DNA from: Octopus bimaculoides
Taxonomy: Eukaryota
Direction of reading: 5' to 3'
NCBI RefSeq assembly: GCF_001194135.2
Contig: NC_068999.1
Span: 22,320,169-22,384,168 of the forward strand
DNA length: 64,000 nt
Position 1 is the first letter of the stretch; every line of letters begins with the position of its first letter. Below the pieces are notes generated by a model, which saw only the letters and a program-made list of their open reading frames with translations, searched no databases and was not told where the DNA came from. A program made the translations under genes and the position numbers. Positions 53,471 to 64,000 of this stretch are shown one piece after another.

Positions 53471-54499
53471 TCAAATAAAATTCAGGGGTAAACTAAATGA
53501 TGGTCCTTTATCATCCTTGGTATTCTTTAAATGGATATCAACTTTGTTTTCCAAAATATTAAAAACTGCTGTTGCTAGAGTTTGAGAACGATCTGTGGGT
53601 CTTGGAGTTCGGTAAATTGGATATTCCTTACAATCTGTATCACCAAGGATGTTACAAACATCAGAAACAGAACGTGGAGGAGGCAAGCTTGTAGCACGTT
53701 TGTAACGGTGAGCAGAACTACCATATGTAACTGCAGGGAATTCTTCAATGTTCAAATGTCGGTAAGTATTAACATGAATATAATGACAATCTTTCTTTGG
53801 ATCATTCTGTTGTGGAATTGTATGAAGATAATGTTGATGTTTGGGTCCTACTTCAAGAGCCCACATATTATCTTTGTCTTTCACTGAAGCCATATTGCAA
53901 CAAATACCATAAGCCACACCATGTCTGTTGTCCTCTAGAATCTTGACAGCTTGTGTAACACTGGATACACTCAAAAGACTTCTGTCAATGAATCGTCTTG
54001 GAATGCATTCTCGATATGTCTCTGTTGGATAAAGTCCATTACATGCAAAAATCATTCCATGATTATTGAAACCAAAATTTCCTCCAGGTAGGAAACCTGG
54101 ATAACAATAGGCTGTAATATATTCCTGGTCTTCTTGAACAACATTCTTCTTCACGAAGTTATCATCAATCTTACAAGAGACAATATAGACATATGCTTCC
54201 ATATTGGGACTATAGTCTTCATTATGCACCAATATTTTTAAATCAGGTTTATTAATAAATACAGTTGTACAGCCTGTAGTATCATCAAGATTAGTAGATT
54301 TCTTTGAAAGTATTAACATTTCATTTAAGCAATTTAAAAGGAAAAGATTTTCAAAAGCCACACCTGATCCATCAGATATTCCTTTAATTTCTTCAACATA
54401 TTGAGGAAATGCTGCATTACATGATGCCAAGAAACCCTCATAGACGGATCTTCCTTCACAACAGTTGTAGTAAGGAAGTAAGGAAGACTTCAGTTCTGG
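53471..54499 (-). CDS. Peptidase C45 Tan-like hydrolase, copy 1 (342 aa visible; about 56 N-terminal codons fall in gap 54500-55056)
   Basis: Uninterrupted frame collinear with copy 2, with no indels and about 58 aa differences in 342 by my count. Gly-Cys intact (Cys codon 54269-54271), HNEDY, HVN. AATAAA on the minus strand at 53314-53319, about 150 bp after the stop. The 555-aa ORF-track call is an artefact of reading through Ns. Confidence 0.85.
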   Translation of the reverse strand, partial: PELKSSLLPYYNCCEGRSVYEGFLASCNAAFPQYVEEIKGISDGSGVAFENLFLLNCLNEMLILSKKSTNLDDTTGCTTVFINKPDLKILVHNEDYSPNMEAYVYIVSCKIDDNFVKKNVVQEDQEYITAYCYPGFLPGGNFGFNNHGMIFACNGLYPTETYRECIPRRFIDRSLLSVSSVTQAVKILEDNRHGVAYGICCNMASVKDKDNMWALEVGPKHQHYLHTIPQQNDPKKDCHYIHVNTYRHLNIEEFPAVTYGSSAHRYKRATSLPPPRSVSDVCNILGDTDCKEYPIYRTPRPTDRSQTLATAVFNILENKVDIHLKNTKDDKGPSFSLPLNFI

Positions 54500-55056
54500 N
54501 NNNNNNNNNNNNNNNNNNNNNNNNNNNNNNNNNNNNNNNNNNNNNNNNNNNNNNNNNNNNNNNNNNNNNNNNNNNNNNNNNNNNNNNNNNNNNNNNNNNN
54601 NNNNNNNNNNNNNNNNNNNNNNNNNNNNNNNNNNNNNNNNNNNNNNNNNNNNNNNNNNNNNNNNNNNNNNNNNNNNNNNNNNNNNNNNNNNNNNNNNNNN
54701 NNNNNNNNNNNNNNNNNNNNNNNNNNNNNNNNNNNNNNNNNNNNNNNNNNNNNNNNNNNNNNNNNNNNNNNNNNNNNNNNNNNNNNNNNNNNNNNNNNNN
54801 NNNNNNNNNNNNNNNNNNNNNNNNNNNNNNNNNNNNNNNNNNNNNNNNNNNNNNNNNNNNNNNNNNNNNNNNNNNNNNNNNNNNNNNNNNNNNNNNNNNN
54901 NNNNNNNNNNNNNNNNNNNNNNNNNNNNNNNNNNNNNNNNNNNNNNNNNNNNNNNNNNNNNNNNNNNNNNNNNNNNNNNNNNNNNNNNNNNNNNNNNNNN
55001 NNNNNNNNNNNNNNNNNNNNNNNNNNNNNNNNNNNNNNNNNNNNNNNNNNNNNNNN
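54500..55056. other. Assembly gap hiding the start of C45 copy 1
   Basis: Run of N. Other gaps: 639-648, 27198-27273, 31474-31730, 32682-32781, 45625-45770, 46925-47650, 58991-59380. Confidence 0.98.
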
Positions 55057-55087
<31 letters not shown>

Positions 55088-56496
55088 TATACACACACAC
55101 ACATACACACAAACACGCATATATGCATATACATACATACATACATATATATATACATATATATATATATATTATATGTATATATACACACTCACACACA
55201 CACATGAGCAAAAGCTTCGAGAGAGGTGGGGGTATTTGCATAAAGAAAGTATAGTGAGTTGTGGGTTAACATATTTAGGTATTGGGTCAAAAGAATTTCA
55301 GTCAACTGAAGTTATAGCCCTACTAAGAAGAAAAACAATTAGCATCAAGAGAGGGAAAATCTGAAATTTAGATTGATTAAAAATTAAATTGAAAATGAGC
55401 CTGATCTTTGGTAGTTATAATGACAATTCAGGTTATGGTTTGGCCTTTGAATAACTTTTGGAAGCTATGGTTTTCATGTGAGTACTTCTGTTCTTCATGG
55501 TATGATTTTTATACTATAACCTCCTGTCTTTACCAATGATTTACTAGTAATTTTGGTTTCTAAATTGTTTTGTACATATTTTACTCAGTGGCTTACGTTT
55601 AGCTTTTATTAGTATTTCAGTGTAACCTAATAAAGTAATATTTTCATTATATTCTGCATTAATTTTTATTCCTAACGTAGCTAAAGTTCCAGAAGGCTTA
55701 CCTATCAGTACTTTCTTGAGAGATTGACAGCAGTGGTTGGTAAGATAAAAATGGTTATATCCAATTCCTTTTTGTAAGATCTTGTAGAAAACATTGAAAT
55801 TTCTTCAGTTTTTAGTCATCTTTGTCTGCAGTGATTCTTATTGTCTTTCCTATTGATCAAACAGATAACATCTAATCCCACTTTGTGCCCTGTCAAATTG
55901 CATTCCCTTTTACATCCTCTTCATGTTTGTAGATAAACAATTACTTGACATTTGCATTTGGCTGGTTTAGTGGATGGGCAGTGCACGGGTTCATCTTTTG
56001 TATGAATAAAAAGAGAAAATTGGTTCTAGACTTGTATAAAAAAATGATTTAAAGTTCTTTATTCTTATTAGTGTCAGTCATTAGCTGACCCCTATGCTAA
56101 GACATCCAGTAATTATTTGTGTATAGTACCTATTTTATATTGAGCTTCATCTACAGAATAGCTAAGTCATCTTTTGGCACAACTTGTGTATGATTTTATA
56201 TTGATATATACAAATAGTCTTGAACCATATAATTGCAAAGTGAACTTCCTACTCAAATGGCTAATATCTGTGTCTATATCTTTTTCGCTGATCTCTATTC
56301 GAAGTGAAACTGATATTCAGTTGATACTGAAAGAAACATTGTTTCTCAGATGGGGTCATTTTAACAACCCCTTCCTACTGTTAGAATTTTTTCTACACTG
56401 ATGTAGTTTTGCATGCTGATGATTAAAATCACATTTTTTTTTACAACAGAAATTAATAATAAAAAGTTACAAGCCTTCAAGTTTAAAATTTTAGCC

Positions 56497-56650
56497 AGGC
56501 ATGGCTGCGTAGTAAGAAGCTTGCTTCCAAACCACATGGTTCCGGATTCAGTCCTACTGTGTTGCACCTTGGGCAAGTGTCTTCTATTATAGCCTTGGGT
56601 TGAACAAAACCTAGTGAGTGGATTTGATAGATGGAAACTGAAAGCCCACT
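56497..56650 (+). mobile_element. SINE family B head
   Basis: ggcatggctgcgtagtaagaagcttgct...gcaccttgggcaagtgtcttctattatagcc. Confidence 0.7.
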
Positions 56651-56691
56651 CTGTGTGTGTGTGTATATGTATGTATGCATGCATGTATGTT

Positions 56692-57990
56692 AGGAAGGCA
56701 CCAGGTCTTGATGGTATTCCTGTTGAAACTCTCTTCCATGGTGGTAATAGGCTTACTGTAGAGATCCACCATCTAATATCAGACATCTGGTTGGGTGCTC
56801 CTGTTCCCCAGGACTGGGTTGATGCCATTTTAATTTCATTGTTCAAAGGAGAAGGATCCAAATCCGAGTGTGGCAATTACAGAGGCATAAGCCTGCTTGA
56901 AATAGTCGGTACGGTTTTTGCAAAACATTTACTTAATCAGCTAACAATGTGGATATGCCCCTCTGTCATCCTGGAGAGTCAGTGTGGTTTTAGATCAAGT
57001 CATGGCACAATGGACATTGATCTTTTTCTGCTTGTCAACTCCAGGAGAAATGCATCGAACATCGCATGGCTCTTTACCAGATATTTGTCGATTTAACAAA
57101 AGCCTTCAACACTGTTAATAGAACCATTCTCTGGACCATTCTCGGTAAATTTGGATGTCCACCTCAATTTGTCAACCTGTTTAAGCAACTTCATAGTGAT
57201 ATGAAAGATCATCTTAACTTCAATGGGTCACTATCGGAACCAATTTCCATCGATAATGGAGTTAAACAAGGTGATACTGCTGCTCCAACACTTTTTTCCA
57301 CATATTTTGCTGTAACTATCTTGTACACTTTCCAAGACCATGACATTGGCGTCTATATACAGTTCAGAACCACAGGTAAGGTCTTTGATGTTAAACGCTT
57401 TAATGCAAAGTCGAAGATATTCCGGGCCCTTGTTCGAGAGCTCCTTTATGCTGATGATGTAGTTTTCGTTACTCACACCGAGGAGTACATGTGGGCTATA
57501 TTGGGTCTCTTCTCTAGAGGTTGTATTGCATTTGGACTTATCATCAGTTTAAAGAAAACAAAGATCATGTTCTCTCAGCCACCAGGCCAACCCTATGTGG
57601 AACCTAACATCTTCATGCAGGGTACAAAATTAGATGTGGTTGACTTATTCATCTACCTTGGTAGCAGTCTCTCTAGAGATGGATCCATTGATTCTGAAAT
57701 AAACCTGAGACTTAAAAAAGCCAGCAAAGCATTTGGAAGGCTTGAAAATCGTGTATGGTCTGATAGAGGTATCGCCTTCAAAGCCAAGCTTAGTATCTAT
57801 GAATCTTGCATTTTAACGGTCCCCTGTACTCTTCTGAGACCTGGATGACATAATGGCACCACGTCAAGGTTTTAGAAAGATTCCATCAGACTTTCCTAAG
57901 GAGGATACTAGACATCAAATGGAAGTCTTTAACACCAGACACCATTGTTTTTCAGTAAGCTAACACATCCGGTATTGAAATGATTTTTCT
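56692..57990 (+). mobile_element. RTE-clade (BovB-like) LINE, RT domain, truncated at both ends, frameshifted
   Basis: KAPGLDGIP; CGNYRGISLL; ESQCGFR; FVDLTKAFNTV; GVKQGD..APTLF; ELLYADD; FIYLGS. ORFs 56614..57096 and 57066..57848 joined by a frameshift. Confidence 0.9.
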
Positions 57991-59602
57991 ACAGGATGAA
58001 TTTGATGAGAAAATATTTTCAATTTCAATTCTAATTGAAATCTCTATATTTTTCTCTAAATATAAACTTTAAAATAATCCAGATATGTAATTTTTTATTT
58101 TTTAGTTGTTTTAGTTATCGGACTGTAGCTATCTTGAGAGGTTTAGCTGAATAAGTCTGGTGCTAACTCTACTGGTCTCTTTTGCCAAACTATTAGGTTA
58201 GGGGATGTAAACAAACCAATTCTGTTTGTCAAGTAGTGTTGGGGGACAAATATACTGCGATTGCAGGTCGTACCCAGGCACTGAACTGAAAAACGGCATT
58301 TGGCAGTCACCACAGTTCCATGCCACTGGCATTGCCCCTGTTCACTGTCGGCACTTGTTTGGCTGCTCCAGTGCAGCTCCGTGCTCGCCCCCTCATCGCG
58401 ACAATACAATTAGCCTTCTGCATTGGTTGCAGTGCAAATATCAGACTGTGAATGATGTGCAGGGGCTGTTGAAGCAGCCACTGTGCTCCGCAGGTCAAGG
58501 CATGCAGCGGCTTCCTGATTCTTTTAAGACGGTGCTCCAGCATGGCCACAGTCAAATGACTGAAACATATAAAAGATAAAAAGAATAAATGCAAAGACAC
58601 AAACACGCACAAACAATGGGCTTCTTCCAGTCTCTGTCTACCAAATCCATTTGCAAAGCTGTGGTCAGTCTGGGGCTATGGCTGGAAACACTTGTCTAAG
58701 TACTGCTCAGTGGGACTGATCCGAAGACCACACAGTGAGCTTCTTGACCACAGGATCATGCCTGCACCTATAGCCAGACAAATAAGTTACACACATGTAA
58801 TAATAATGAAGACAGTTATTTGGTTAATATAATATAGAGTTAATTAATTATCTACAGTTGCATTACACTATGTTGAAGAAATACAAAATGCAGAAACAGG
58901 CTGTATATGAATGTGAAAATTTTGGGAGATATGGATCTGTTCAATTTGGTTCACAGATTTTTAAAATAATTTTTTTTTTAATTAAGCAGTNNNNNNNNNN
59001 NNNNNNNNNNNNNNNNNNNNNNNNNNNNNNNNNNNNNNNNNNNNNNNNNNNNNNNNNNNNNNNNNNNNNNNNNNNNNNNNNNNNNNNNNNNNNNNNNNNN
59101 NNNNNNNNNNNNNNNNNNNNNNNNNNNNNNNNNNNNNNNNNNNNNNNNNNNNNNNNNNNNNNNNNNNNNNNNNNNNNNNNNNNNNNNNNNNNNNNNNNNN
59201 NNNNNNNNNNNNNNNNNNNNNNNNNNNNNNNNNNNNNNNNNNNNNNNNNNNNNNNNNNNNNNNNNNNNNNNNNNNNNNNNNNNNNNNNNNNNNNNNNNNN
59301 NNNNNNNNNNNNNNNNNNNNNNNNNNNNNNNNNNNNNNNNNNNNNNNNNNNNNNNNNNNNNNNNNNNNNNNNNNNNNNNTTATGACATTGAAATTGGTGA
59401 AAATATTGCAATTTTGTCTTTTTTATCTATACTGTTTGTATGACTTTGTAAATGAATCAGCATGTAGAAAAATTTACGGGGAGGTAATTGGAGATTCTTA
59501 TTATTCGAGACAGGGGAGGTAATTGCACTTCAGGCGGGTAAATTTATATAAACTCATGAGCTAAAGTAGTGAGATAAAATATGTACAATGTTAGTTATGC
59601 GT

Positions 59603-59738
59603 TCATTAAAATATTTACAAAAATCAAAATTGGTTATGTGTTCATATTCTGGTGCAGTTTGTGTTTTTCATCATTAAAATATTTACAAAAATTAAAATTG
59701 GTTATGTGTTCATATTCTGGTGCAGTTTGTGTTTTTCA
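59603..59738. repeat. Direct tandem duplication, 2 x 68 bp
   Basis: 59603-59670 and 59671-59738 differ at one base. Confidence 0.9.
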
Positions 59739-60929
59739 ATAAATATATTTTCTTTGTATAGAAATTGTTTTCTTGCACTGGTAGATGGGGAAAACCGTGA
59801 AGTTTGGTTGGAGATTCCCTGCACATCTCACTCTATGTTCACTCAATGGTATCTGTCAATACCTTGGGAAACAGACCTGTTCCCTATGCAGTGTACATCT
59901 CCCTCTAAGTGATATCCACCTATATAAGCCAAACAAGGATGTCACTTAGGCGGAGAACCACACTGCATAAGGATGCTATTTCCCTCTAAACGAATGACTT
60001 TAACCTCAAAGGGTAGCAGCTACCAGATTTGTGCGGTTAATAATAAGATGCAAACTATCAAAATGAAATTAGAATTTTGGATAAACCTGCATGCGAAACC
60101 CCGACCTTGATACATTCTCTATTTTATTTAGAAACACACATCTAGCAAACGATTTGATGATATTAATTCAAACGATCTTTCAACACATTTTAATGAAGTA
60201 CATTAACTTTTGGAAAACCATTATAATTCAGGAAATGATTTCCAAATGATCAAGGCTTCATATTAGAAAATGAAGCTTTGTTTGAAGCTTCATTAACAAG
60301 TAAAAAACTCAGCTAATTTAAATGCAACAAATATCAACATCACTTAAGATTCCACTTTACAAGCAGCATTTTTAGAAGAGTGCTACTTTCTGAATTTTTC
60401 TATACTATAGAGGTTGGAGTCAGAGGTATTCTGGGCAAATCTGCTTATGGTCTAATGAAAAGCTCATAATATCTGAGAAAAGCTGAACCAAAGCCCTAAA
60501 GTCAAGACAACAGACAGATGTTCCAGTTGCATCTGGTGAAGGGAACAAAAACGGGCACCATACGTATGAAGGCACTGTTTTTGAATTTTAACGCCAAGGG
60601 AAGTAACTCATTGTGTTAGCTTTGATGTTCCACTGCTAACATGACAACCAACGTCATTTCTTCTTTAAGTATAAGTTTGAAGGCTGAGTCAACAGAGAGA
60701 AGTTACAACTCGATGAAATCTCCAAGTGATTTAAATGCACAAGTCTCCAACATACAAGTGGCTAAAATGTGTCAGCAGAAGGGCATCCAGTTGTCATGAC
60801 CTTTATGTGGCTTGTCCCCAATACACTTATCTGAGAGGGCTTTCCTCTCTCAAGACCTGTTGTTCAGCTCCCTTGAGAGTTTCTTACTACTCCAAAGCTA
60901 GTCTGGAAGGCAAAGATATTATCTGGATC

Positions 60930-61330
60930 TATTAAGCTGAAAATTTTCGGTGTTATTTTGGTGTGTGATCTACAACTTAAAGGTGATTACTTTAGGTTAC
61001 TTTTTAGTTTACTTTTCAGTTTCTAAAAAACCTTTAAGATGTTGGCTAAAGATTTTTTACAATAAATTCTTTTGTACATACAGAGCATTGTTAATGAATT
61101 TTTTCACAATTCTTACTATTTTAATAATAATAAAACGATGTTTCATTTATGTAAATAATAATAAGAAACCAAGAATAAAAAATATAATAATTAAAATAAT
61201 CCCGTAGATCACACAAGTCTGGCAGCCATGAGTTTTGCAACGTAAAAAAACTAAAAACTAACCTAAAGTAATCGCCCTTGAAGTTGTAGATTACATGCCA
61301 AAGTAGCATCAAATTTTCTTTAACAATATC
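60930..61330. mobile_element. Old MITE-like element with ~70-bp imperfect terminal inverted repeats
   Basis: 60940-61010 matches the reverse complement of 61250-61320 at roughly 80% (gatctacaactt..gattactttaggtta.tttttagttt); AT-rich interior. Confidence 0.55.
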
Positions 61331-62320
61331 AAGTCTGTCTTACTCTATGGCCCCAAGTTATGGCGAATGAACATGTATATCCTTGAAAAGCCCCAAATAT
61401 TCACAAATAATTGAAACATTCACAAATAAGCCTCAAGAATATCCTAAGCATTAGATATCCAGAACTGTGAGCAAAAAAGACCCTTGAGGCATAGCTGAAT
61501 AGGAACTGTCGATAAGACATAAGGGGAAATGCATAGGTTTTAACTTAAGAAGACAAAGGGATGTTCCTTAGATTGGAACTGAGAGAAGAGAAAGAAGGCA
61601 GGATGTCCTGGCTTCCTTCCTTGCTTCCCTAGTGGAAATCAGCAGAAAAGGAAGCGAATATAACATGAAATCAAGGGAAAAGAAACTAACAGGGTAATGT
61701 GCATTGAAAGAATGCCCATAATTGGCTAGGAATCCTAATAGCTTATGATGATGATGATGAAAGAAAATTCACAACTGCTAGAAAAAGGATACTAAAGCAC
61801 TATTCCCCTTTTCAGCAATGTATTTATGTGAAGCAGGATATACTACATTAACTCCATAAAAGAAAAATCTTATCATCATAATACATTGAAAGTTAGGGCA
61901 GATAAGAGAATCCAGCTGTCTGTCTTTAAACCAGAAATGTATAAGAAATTAGTACAAAAATTAAGCAATATTACCCCATTAGATTTTCTTTATTTCTTTT
62001 CTTTTTTTAGAATGTATGTATTTCTTAAAATGAACATAATTTCTGAAAACTTGCAACTGCCTATTCTTTGAAGTACACATACTAAAGGATCTGCAGAAAA
62101 AAGTGTTTGAGAACCACTGGTCTAAAATCATAAAATAAACTGTTAATAAGAATAAAAAGAAAGAGAACACAGTAAATAATGTAATGTTTTCATTGATTCA
62201 GAATCAGTTTTATAACAAGAAAGCTTTTATAATGTATAAATTCTTTAATTTGTATTAAACAATTCAGGATCCAGGCTTCTAACAGAACAATACTATTTGT
62301 GACACAATTGTTTGTGATCT

Positions 62321-63517
62321 TTACAACATATTCAGGGGCAAACTAAATGCTGGTGTTTTGTCATCCTTGGTGTTCTTTAAATGGATATCAACTTTGTTTT
62401 CCAAAATGTTAAAAACTGCTGTTGATAGAGTTAGGGAACGATCTGTGGGTCTTGGAGTTCGGTAAATTGGATATTCTTTGGATTCTGTGTCACCAAGGAT
62501 GTTACAAATGTCAGAAACAGAGCGCGGAGGAGGTAAGCTAGTTGCACGCTTATAACGGTTCATTGTGCTACCGAACCTAACAGCAGGTATTTGTTCCATT
62601 TCCAGATACTTGGCAAAATTGACATGAATATAATGACAATCTTTGTTTGGATCATTCTGTTGTGGAAATGTATGAAGGTAATGTTGATGTTTAGGTCCTA
62701 CTTCAAGAGCCCACATATTATCTTTGTCTTTCACTGAAGCCATATTACAACACACTCCATAAGCCATACCATGTTTGTTGTTCTCTAGAATCTTGACAGC
62801 TTGTGTAACACTGGATGCACTCAAAAGACTTCTGTCAATGAATCGTCTTGGAATGCATTCTCGATGTGCTTCTGTTGGATAAAGACCATTGCATGTAAAA
62901 ATCATTCCATGATTATTGAAACCAAAAGTCCCTCCAGGTAGGAAACCTGGATAACAATAGTTTGTAATATATTCCCGGTCTTCTTGAACAACATTCTTCT
63001 TCACAAAGCTATCATCAATCTTACAACAGGCAATATAGGAATATGCTTCCATACAGGGACTATGATCTTCATTGTGGGCCAATATTTTCAAATCAGGTCT
63101 ATTAATAGATATAGTTGAACAGCCTGCAACATCTTCAATATCAGTGCATTTGTTTGAAAATGTTATCATCTCATTTAAGCAATTTAAAAGGAAAAGATTT
63201 TCAAAAGCCACACCTGATCCATCAGACATTCCTTTAATTTCTTCAACATATTGAGGAAATGCTGCATTACATGATGCCAAGAAACCCTCATAGACGGATC
63301 TTCCTTCACAACAGTTGTAGTAAGGAAGCAAGGAAGATTTCATTTCTGGGAATTGGGCACAAAAGTTGGTAATCTGTTTACTGAATTGTCCTCCAATTGT
63401 ATAACCGATGTCATAATGAGTTCCAGAAGCAAATATGAGAAGTAGTTGCTTGTTTTTAAAGTTTTTCAAATCTTCTAAGGCATAATTAGTTTTAACATCA
63501 CAGAATTTGTCTTCCAT
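62321..63517 (-). CDS. Peptidase C45 / AAT-family Ntn cysteine hydrolase, Tan-like (beta-alanyl-amine hydrolase-like), copy 2, complete, 398 aa, single coding exon
   Basis: Intact ORF with Kozak ACTATGG. Family motifs: GTHYDIG, FPQYVEEIKGMSDGSG, autocleavage Gly132-Cys133 (Cys codon 63119-63121), HNED with Asp 18 residues after the Cys, YPGFLPG..FGFNNHG, PRRF, HVN, ILGD, TL.TAVF. No evident signal peptide. Confidence 0.88.
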   Translation of the reverse strand: MEDKFCDVKTNYALEDLKNFKNKQLLLIFASGTHYDIGYTIGGQFSKQITNFCAQFPEMKSSLLPYYNCCEGRSVYEGFLASCNAAFPQYVEEIKGMSDGSGVAFENLFLLNCLNEMITFSNKCTDIEDVAGCSTISINRPDLKILAHNEDHSPCMEAYSYIACCKIDDSFVKKNVVQEDREYITNYCYPGFLPGGTFGFNNHGMIFTCNGLYPTEAHRECIPRRFIDRSLLSASSVTQAVKILENNKHGMAYGVCCNMASVKDKDNMWALEVGPKHQHYLHTFPQQNDPNKDCHYIHVNFAKYLEMEQIPAVRFGSTMNRYKRATSLPPPRSVSDICNILGDTESKEYPIYRTPRPTDRSLTLSTAVFNILENKVDIHLKNTKDDKTPAFSLPLNML

Positions 63518-63545
63518 AGTAACAAGATGTGATTAGTTCCCAAAT

Positions 63546-63590
63546 CTGCAGATAAATAAATATTTGAATCTCATTTCATAAGTTAGACAT
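63546..63590 (-). promoter_or_regulatory. 3' splice site of a 5'-UTR intron of C45 copy 2
   Basis: Minus strand reads ATGTCTAACT (branch point CTAAC, 63586-63582)...ATATTTATTTATCTGCAG|ATTTGG. The acceptor AG ends at 63546, 28 nt upstream of the ATG. Confidence 0.6.
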
Positions 63591-64000
63591 AGATAACTTA
63601 TTGATATAATAAAATATAATATAATCACACAAGCTCACTCAAGACATATTATATCATCTCAATATATGAATGTGATATATTATGACAAATTACCTTTTTT
63701 TTCCTGTATCAAGCAGTCTTTGAAATATTTTGTTTCAAAGACCTAGCTTAAACCTAGTGAAAAGCAAGTCAATATTATTAAATGTTAAACAGGCATTCTG
63801 ACTGAATCTTCCATGTGTCAACATGTACATCCTTGCGACAATGTAACCTTCCTTGGTCTGAAGAGTAGCTGGTGGTATACACCTTGCTTGGATTTTTACC
63901 ACTTCTGAGGTTCCACCTGCTATGAAACATATGTAGCCCGGATCTTACCTACTCCATTCTATAACTCTTGTATTCTTATTCGCACACCCTGGTCACCTAA

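Noticed and set aside
54500-55138. 555-aa ORF with MYVYAY... start for C45 copy 1
   Set aside because: Produced by reading through N and a (TA)n tract. The true start is in the gap.
59915-59930. TATATAAG as a TATA box for C45 copy 1
   Set aside because: It is on the + strand (wrong orientation) and such motifs are frequent in AT-rich DNA.
53471-63517. Bacterial contamination or recent horizontal transfer of the intronless C45 genes
   Set aside because: Embedded among host SINEs and microsatellites, AT-rich codon usage like the host, spliceosomal acceptor and poly(A) signal present, and Tan-like C45 genes occur in animals. An ancient origin still needs phylogeny.

Overview
AT-rich, microsatellite- and retroposon-dense eukaryotic genomic DNA with 8 assembly gaps. 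The repeat families and composition suggest an octopus/coleoid cephalopod (inference). Host genes are all on the minus strand. (1) The first coding exon of a Src42A/FRK-like Src-family tyrosine kinase (40104-39692: myristoylation/palmitoylation N-terminus, unique region, whole SH3 domain). I found no SH2 or kinase exon downstream, so 1-39691 is probably one intron of at least 39.7 kb. (2) A tandem pair of single-exon-CDS C45-family Ntn cysteine hydrolases related to Drosophila Tan and fungal isopenicillin-N acyltransferase: 63517-62321 is complete, and 54499-53471 has its N-terminus in a gap. They are about 83% identical in protein, with divergence clustered around predicted active-site segments. 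The rest is TE debris: an internally deleted Gypsy, a near full-length R4/Dong-like LINE, a Penelope-like element with a decayed hammerhead ribozyme, a Helitron helicase relic, RTE and CR1/L2-like LINE fragments, mariner and hAT MITEs, and several SINE families. Notable non-coding structure: a 202-bp 98.5%-identical inverted repeat and a pre-miRNA-like hairpin inside the Src intron, and a clear CpG-retention map (read by eye) that marks the Src promoter. Repeat boundaries are approximate unless TSDs or TIRs are given.
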